From: Patescibacteria group bacterium
GTDB lineage: Bacteria > Patescibacteriota > CPR2 > UBA1875
Length of the DNA stretch: 64,000 bases
Assembly: GCA_041737595.1 (NCBI GenBank)
Contig: JBGSRK010000009.1
Coordinates: forward strand, 32,001 to 96,000
Reading direction: 5' to 3'
In this document: positions 58,712 through 64,000 of the stretch, in pieces
How positions within the stretch are numbered: the stretch's first letter is position 1
Layout of the letters: the number at the start of each line of letters is the position of its first letter
Program-made: the position numbers and the translations under genes
Notes under the pieces: model-generated
The model's input: the letters and a program-made list of their open reading frames with translations, nothing else
Told to the model about the DNA's origin: nothing
The model's database searches: none

Positions 58712-59760
58712 AGTTTCAAATTTGGATCAGCAACAAAATTATTATTCCCTTTATCACCTTTTTTAATATGATAAAAAGCTGCAGCTCCCATCATCCCTGC
58801 ATTATCTGTACAAAGATTGAACTCAGGGATAATAAATGTAGTTTTGCCTTTAAGTGCAATCGTAAGAGATTCCCTTAATGATTTATTTGCAGCAACCCCA
58901 CCTGAAAGTATAAATGTCTTTGGTTTATATTTTTCCACTGCACGAAGTGAATTTTGTACTAATGTGTCTATTACCGCTTTTTGGAATGATGCAGCAATAT
59001 CATTTTTATTTTTCTCGGTTAATTTATTTTCTCCGATTTTTTTTACTTGGTTTATTACAGCTGTTTTTAGCCCAGAGAATGAAAAATCCAAAGAAAGTTC
59101 CGGATATTTCAAAAACATATCTTCTCCTCTTTCAGGGCTTGGGGTTAAATCAATAACAGGAAATTTATAAGCATTTTCATCACCCTGTACTGCTGCGACT
59201 GAAATTGCTGGCCCTCCTGGATAACCAAGACCCAAAACTTTTGAAACTTTATCAAAAGCCTCTCCCGCTGCATCATCTTTTGTAGTTCCAATAATCTTAT
59301 ATTCTAAGTGGTCAGACATATAGATAAGCATTGAATGACCACCAGATACGAGTAAAGCGACTATTGGGAATTTTGGCTTAACGTCAGATAAAAAGTTTGC
59401 ATAAAAATGACCCTCTAGGTGATTTAGTGGGATTATAGGTTTATTATAAACTGCAGCAATTGCCTTTGTTGTTTCGACTCCAACTACAAGAGAACCAATA
59501 AGACCAGGGCCTGAGGTAACTGAAAAATAATCTATATCGGCAATATTTACTTTTGCCTTCGTTAAACATTCTGAGATTACAGGGATAATATTTTCTATAT
59601 GAGCTCTTGCTGCTACCTCAGGGACAACTCCACCAAATTCTTTATGAATATCAATCTGAGAAGAAACAATATTTGAAAGTAAAACAGGATTACCTGATTT
59701 TTCTGTTATAACGGCGGCCGATGTTTCATCGCAAGATGATTCAATTGCTAATATATTCAC
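58708..59760 (-). CDS. tsaD: tRNA threonylcarbamoyltransferase
   Basis: IESSCDET, GGVVPE, HLEGH, VSGGH, DDAAGEAFDK, FSFSGLKT, CTDNA. Confidence 0.97.
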   Translation of the reverse strand: MNILAIESSCDETSAAVITEKSGNPVLLSNIVSSQIDIHKEFGGVVPEVAARAHIENIIPVISECLTKAKVNIADIDYFSVTSGPGLIGSLVVGVETTKAIAAVYNKPIIPLNHLEGHFYANFLSDVKPKFPIVALLVSGGHSMLIYMSDHLEYKIIGTTKDDAAGEAFDKVSKVLGLGYPGGPAISVAAVQGDENAYKFPVIDLTPSPERGEDMFLKYPELSLDFSFSGLKTAVINQVKKIGENKLTEKNKNDIAASFQKAVIDTLVQNSLRAVEKYKPKTFILSGGVAANKSLRESLTIALKGKTTFIIPEFNLCTDNAGMMGAAAFYHIKKGDKGNNNFVADPNLKL

Positions 59761-59797
59761 CCGTGTATTCTATCAGTTATGTTAAAATATTAGAAGT

Positions 59798-60709
59798 ATG
59801 CAAAAAGATTTATATAAAAAAAATAATAATATTTTCCAATCCAAGGATTGGCTGTCTTTTCAGAGTGATTTTGGGAGAGATATTATAACTAGCAAAAACT
59901 TATCTTTTATAAAAATTGATTTACCATTTAAAAAATTTGGACTTTTATCTCAAAAATCTCCAGAAAAATTTGACCTTAATGAGTTAAAAAAAATTGGAAA
60001 AGATAATAATGCGATATTTATAAGAGTTGAGCCAAAAGAAAATATAAATTTAAAAGAGTTAAAAAAAATAACTAAAAAATCACTGCTTTCCGGTCAAGCA
60101 TCTCCTAAAGCGACACAAATTTTAGATATTTCAGGTTCAGAAGATGAAATTTTAAAAAATATGAAACCTAAAACTAGATATAATATTCGTCTCGCTGAAA
60201 AAAAGGGCGTAAAAGTAAAGGTTTCAGATAACGTAGATGTTTTTTATGAACTACTAGAAAAAACTGCCAAAAGAGAAAAGGGTTATTCTCCACATATAAA
60301 AGATTATTATTTAAAAATGATAAAAAATCTAAAAGATAATAATTTCGCACATATATTTATTGCAGAGCATGATGATGAACCGCTAGCGGGTATTTTAGTT
60401 TCCTTTTATGGTGATACTGCAATATATTTACATGGCGGGTTTAACGATTTAAAAAGAAATTTTATGGCTCCATATTTATGCCAATGGGAAGCAATAAAAT
60501 ATGCCAAAAGCCAAGGGTGTAAATATTATGATTTTTGGGGAGTCGCAGAAAGTAATGACCCGCTTGACCCTTGGGCCGGAATTACAAGATTTAAAGAGGG
60601 TTTCGGTGGGGAAAAGGTAATATTTACAGGAACTTATGATATTGTTATTAATAAATTCTGGTATAATATTTTAACCTTAGGGGCAAAAATTAAACATATG
60701 GTGAAATAA
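59798..60709 (+). CDS. FemABX-family lipid II aminoacyltransferase
   Basis: KTRYNIRLAEKKGV, QWEAI..AK, YDFWG, FKEGFGG. Confidence 0.88.
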   Translation: MQKDLYKKNNNIFQSKDWLSFQSDFGRDIITSKNLSFIKIDLPFKKFGLLSQKSPEKFDLNELKKIGKDNNAIFIRVEPKENINLKELKKITKKSLLSGQASPKATQILDISGSEDEILKNMKPKTRYNIRLAEKKGVKVKVSDNVDVFYELLEKTAKREKGYSPHIKDYYLKMIKNLKDNNFAHIFIAEHDDEPLAGILVSFYGDTAIYLHGGFNDLKRNFMAPYLCQWEAIKYAKSQGCKYYDFWGVAESNDPLDPWAGITRFKEGFGGEKVIFTGTYDIVINKFWYNILTLGAKIKHMVK

Positions 60710-62010
60710 TGTTAGAAAAATTATTAAATTTTGGAAGAAAATTAATACCAAGAAAAATATTTAGATTTTTCCAGCCAGCTTATCATTATTTACTTGCATT
60801 ATCTGGTAATATTTTTTATAGATTCCCAGGTAAAAAAATGATTTGTATAGGCGTTACTGGGACAAATGGTAAATCAACAACAGTTGAACTGATAAACTCA
60901 ATTTTAAAATCTGCAGGCTATAAAACTGGCATGATTTCAACTGTAGCCTTTGAAATTGCAGGCAAAAGAGAAGATAACAAGACATCAAGAACAACATTGG
61001 GACGTTGGCAGACTCCAAAAATGCTTCGGAAAATGGTAAAAGCTGGTTGTAAGTATGCTGTTGTTGAAGTTGCTTCTGAGGGAATATTACACTTTAGGAC
61101 CTGGGGGATACCATTTGATGTTGCTGTTTTTACAAATTTATCACCCGAACATTTAAATACCCACAAAACAATGGCTAATTATAGAAATACAAAGGGGAAA
61201 TTATTTGCAAACCTTTCACTATCTAAAAAGAAAAAGGGTATATTAAAGATTAATATCTATAACGCAGAGGATAAAGAAAGTAATTATTTTGGCTCTTTTC
61301 CTGCGGATAAACATATAAGTTACGGATTCAATAAAGGAAATGTTTTAATAAAAAATCTTAGTGAAACTCAAGGACTAATGTTTGATCTAAAATATCTAAA
61401 TAAAAGTTACCCGATTAAATCTGATCTTACGGCGGCTTTTAATGCTCAAAATATTGCGGCTTCCTGGTGCGTTGGTCTTTCTCAAAATATAGATCCGAAA
61501 GATATAGCCAAAGGGATAAATAATTTACATTCAGTAAAAGGTAGAATGGAAAAGGTAACTGAAAAAAACGGAGTAAAATATTTTATAGATTATGCGATGA
61601 CTCCAGATTCATATGAGATGTTAATATCAGAGATGAAAAAAATAGCGAAAGGAAAAGTTATTTTAGTTTTTGGAGCAGCAGGTGATCGTGATAAATTAAA
61701 GCGACCAAAAATAGGTGAGATTGCCGCGAAAAACGCTGATTTTTCTATACTTACAGATGACGAATCATATTCGGAAGATACAAAAAAAATTATAGAAGAG
61801 ATTGAGGTTGGTTTTAAAAAAGCGAAAAAAAATAACTATAAAGTAATTCTGGATAGAAAAAATGCTTTCCGTGAAGCGGTGAAAATAGCAAAAGATGGTG
61901 ATGTTGTTGTAATCCCAGGAATAGGGCATGAATCTTTTAGAAATATTGGTGGAAACAATAAAATACCTTGGAATGAGTCGGAAATTATTAGAAAAATTGT
62001 AAATAAATAA
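60709..62010 (+). CDS. murE: Mur ligase, MurE-like
   Basis: GVTGTNGKSTT, EVASE, FTNLSPEHL, GRME, DYA, GAAGDRD. Confidence 0.85.
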   Translation: MLEKLLNFGRKLIPRKIFRFFQPAYHYLLALSGNIFYRFPGKKMICIGVTGTNGKSTTVELINSILKSAGYKTGMISTVAFEIAGKREDNKTSRTTLGRWQTPKMLRKMVKAGCKYAVVEVASEGILHFRTWGIPFDVAVFTNLSPEHLNTHKTMANYRNTKGKLFANLSLSKKKKGILKINIYNAEDKESNYFGSFPADKHISYGFNKGNVLIKNLSETQGLMFDLKYLNKSYPIKSDLTAAFNAQNIAASWCVGLSQNIDPKDIAKGINNLHSVKGRMEKVTEKNGVKYFIDYAMTPDSYEMLISEMKKIAKGKVILVFGAAGDRDKLKRPKIGEIAAKNADFSILTDDESYSEDTKKIIEEIEVGFKKAKKNNYKVILDRKNAFREAVKIAKDGDVVVIPGIGHESFRNIGGNNKIPWNESEIIRKIVNK

Positions 62011-62023
62011 TTTAATTTGAGTT

Positions 62024-62065
62024 ACGGGCTCCGCTCACTAGAAAATCCTAGGAGCGGAGCCCGCA
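62024..62065. terminator. Strong hairpin between murE and a convergent small-ORF unit
   Basis: CGGGCTCCGCTC..CTAG....CTAG.GAGCGGAGCCCG. Confidence 0.65.
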
Positions 62066-62158
62066 GTTGTTGGGCCATAATGAGCCCGTAGCAGTTTTTT
62101 TGGCGCCTCCCTTTTCGCTCGTTGGTTCCGGGCGTCACCCGGCCTTCTTAGACAAGGA

Positions 62159-62314
62159 TCACCTCCGCCGCCCAAAGGGTATAGAACGGACAGAAAGCCC
62201 ATGATCACGACGATACTGCCTCATAAGAGATGCATTTCGTCTGCGTGGATGAACATTTATCCGAGAACCGAGTGCAATAAGGAAGTACAGCACCAATATT
62301 AAGGTGCGTTTCAC
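62159..62314 (-). CDS. 51-aa small protein, hydrophobic N-terminus and Arg-rich tail (not in ORF track)
   Basis: AAGGGGAG SD then GTG; MKRTLILVLYFLIALGSRINVHPRRRNASLMRQYRRDHGLSVRSIPFGRRR. Confidence 0.4.
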   Translation of the reverse strand: MKRTLILVLYFLIALGSRINVHPRRRNASLMRQYRRDHGLSVRSIPFGRRR

Positions 62315-62502
62315 GGTTCTCCCCTTCTTTTGACTAGATGATTTGCTTTTCTTCTCTCTTTGGAGCTAAAAACTATTACCTTCCGTGAGAAGTTATCCTC
62401 ACAAATTGTAATGAGTTACTTCCCAATGTTTGTCCCATTGTTATTATAATTTTAGCATAACTTTATTTTAAGAAAAGATACTTTTAGGGTACAATATATT
62501 TA

Positions 62503-63831
62503 ATGAATTTATCAGCTTTTAAAGCATATGATATCCGTGGACAATATCCAGAAGAAGTTAATGAGGATTTAGCTTATTCTGTTGGTAGAGCACTAGTTAG
62601 AAAGTTATCTGCTAAAACTATTGTTGTAGGGCGTGATATGAGACTATCTTCTCCTTCACTTTCAGAAAAAATTATTGAAGGAGTAACCTGCGAGGGGGCT
62701 GATGTAATTAACATTGGAATGTGTACAACCCCAATGCTTAATTTTGCAGTCGCAAATTACGGGTATGATGGTGGAATTATGATTACTGCATCTCATAACC
62801 CTGGCAAAGACAATGCTTTTAAAGTTATTGGGCCTGGTGCAATTCAATTAGATGAAGATTACGGACTTTCTGATTTAAAAGAAATTGTAAAAAAAGGGTT
62901 TGGACAATGTGCAAGAAGTGGGGCTGTAACTGAAAAAGAAGTACTTTCAGATTATTTATCTCATTTAATGTCACAAGCGACTAATATTAATCATATGAAA
63001 ATTGCGGTAGATTATGGGAATGGTGTTGGAGCTATTTCTGCAAAACCTCTTTTTGCGAGATTAGATGTGGAAACTATTGATATGTACGAAGAGCCTGATG
63101 GAAACTTCCCTAATCATCCTGCAAACCCTCATGATGAAATAAATTTTAATGATTTAAAAAAGAAAGTAATAGATGAAAATTGTGATCTTGGTATATTTTT
63201 TGATGGTGATGCCGACCGTGCAACTTTTGTAGATGAGAATGGCAGTATTATTCCTATTGATCTTTTAGTTACACTTTTTGCCTTAGAAAAAATTAAGTTA
63301 GAAAAAAGTGGGAAAGTATATTATGATTTAAGATTTTCAAAATCTATTCCTGACCATATAAAAAAGGCTGGCGGAGAGCCAATAATGATGAGAGTTGGGA
63401 ATCCTTTCTATAAAAGAAGACTTACAAAAGAAGGAGGACTTTTAGGCGCCGAATTTTCTGGTCATATTATGTTTCCTGAAAATTTTAATATGGATGATGG
63501 TCTTTTTGCGGCAATAAAAACAATCAAATTAATTTCAGATTCAAATAAAAAGATCTCTGAACTAATTGAATCTGTTAGAGAATATTTTGCTTCACCTGAA
63601 GAATCATATGAAGCAAAAAACCCAGATACAGTTCAAGATAGATTAATAAATGCTTTTCCTGAAGCTTCGAAAATCGAACTAGATGGTACTTATCTTGATT
63701 TTATAGATGGCTTTATATCTGTTAGGCAATCAAAAAATGAGCCTCAGCTTTTTAGAATTAGGGTAGAAGCAAAAACGCCCGAAAAACTTTCCGCGCGTTT
63801 TAAAAAAGTAAAAGAAATTGTGCTATCTTAA
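62503..63831 (+). CDS. Phosphomannomutase/phosphoglucomutase
   Basis: FKAYDIRG, TASHNP, DGDADR, AEFSGH. Confidence 0.93.
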   Translation: MNLSAFKAYDIRGQYPEEVNEDLAYSVGRALVRKLSAKTIVVGRDMRLSSPSLSEKIIEGVTCEGADVINIGMCTTPMLNFAVANYGYDGGIMITASHNPGKDNAFKVIGPGAIQLDEDYGLSDLKEIVKKGFGQCARSGAVTEKEVLSDYLSHLMSQATNINHMKIAVDYGNGVGAISAKPLFARLDVETIDMYEEPDGNFPNHPANPHDEINFNDLKKKVIDENCDLGIFFDGDADRATFVDENGSIIPIDLLVTLFALEKIKLEKSGKVYYDLRFSKSIPDHIKKAGGEPIMMRVGNPFYKRRLTKEGGLLGAEFSGHIMFPENFNMDDGLFAAIKTIKLISDSNKKISELIESVREYFASPEESYEAKNPDTVQDRLINAFPEASKIELDGTYLDFIDGFISVRQSKNEPQLFRIRVEAKTPEKLSARFKKVKEIVLS

Positions 63832-64000
63832 TAATATTTATCAACCCCAATTGATTTTTTAACTCTTGCAACTACATCTTGGACTACTTTTCGGCCTTTT
63901 TCAGTCCCCTCTTTCATAACTTCTCGAACATATTTAGGATCGTTTTCAAATTTTTTTCTTTTTTCACGAATTGGAGCAATAAAATTTTCCATTGCAACAA
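63828..64000 (-). CDS. trpS: Tryptophanyl-tRNA synthetase C-terminus (partial)
   Basis: FIAPIREKRKKFENDPKYVREVMKEGTEKGR..V...VKKSIG resembles the TrpRS C-terminal helices. Confidence 0.7.
   Translation of the reverse strand, partial: VAMENFIAPIREKRKKFENDPKYVREVMKEGTEKGRKVVQDVVARVKKSIGVDKYY

Noticed and set aside
62020-62450. RNase P RNA, tmRNA or 16S rRNA fragment
   Set aside because: No GAGGAAAGTCC P4 motif or tRNA-like ends; GGATCACCTCC is only an 11-nt match to the 16S 3' end and reads as an SD on the other strand
1-64000. CRISPR array, prophage, IS transposase, reverse transcriptase
   Set aside because: No regularly spaced repeats and no recognisable cas, phage, transposase or RT motifs seen

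Overview
AT-rich bacterial chromosome segment, genetic code 11. Gene content and style suggest Patescibacteria/CPR (inference): CarS-like lipid gene, compact AspRS and MetK, split ComEC, FemX-MurE, and many apparently leaderless genes. Housekeeping blocks are efp-rpsR-ssb-rpsF, recX, rnj, udg, truB, rpsT, a DEAD-box helicase, a MarR-controlled ABC exporter pair, aspS, SAM-I riboswitch-metK, comEC, tilS-ftsH-murJ, tsaD, femX-murE, a phosphohexomutase, partial trpS and three tRNAs. A partial de novo purine pathway is present (purM, purQ, purSL, purE, purB, two unrelated purC). Two things stand out. (1) A ~15.7 kb island bounded by repeats of the tRNA-Asp 3' end carries an unfamiliar cluster: APH-type kinase, methyltransferase, NitT/TauT ABC importer, two Thr-nucleophile sulfatase-fold enzymes, a PRTase-like protein, a canonical HisRS and a HisRS paralog with a remodelled amino-acid pocket. 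(2) Several gene-sized GC-rich units run from about a predicted sigma70 transcription start to a terminator and use SD leaders, whereas at least ten AT-rich genes look leaderless. All GC values are by-eye estimates; no searches were run.
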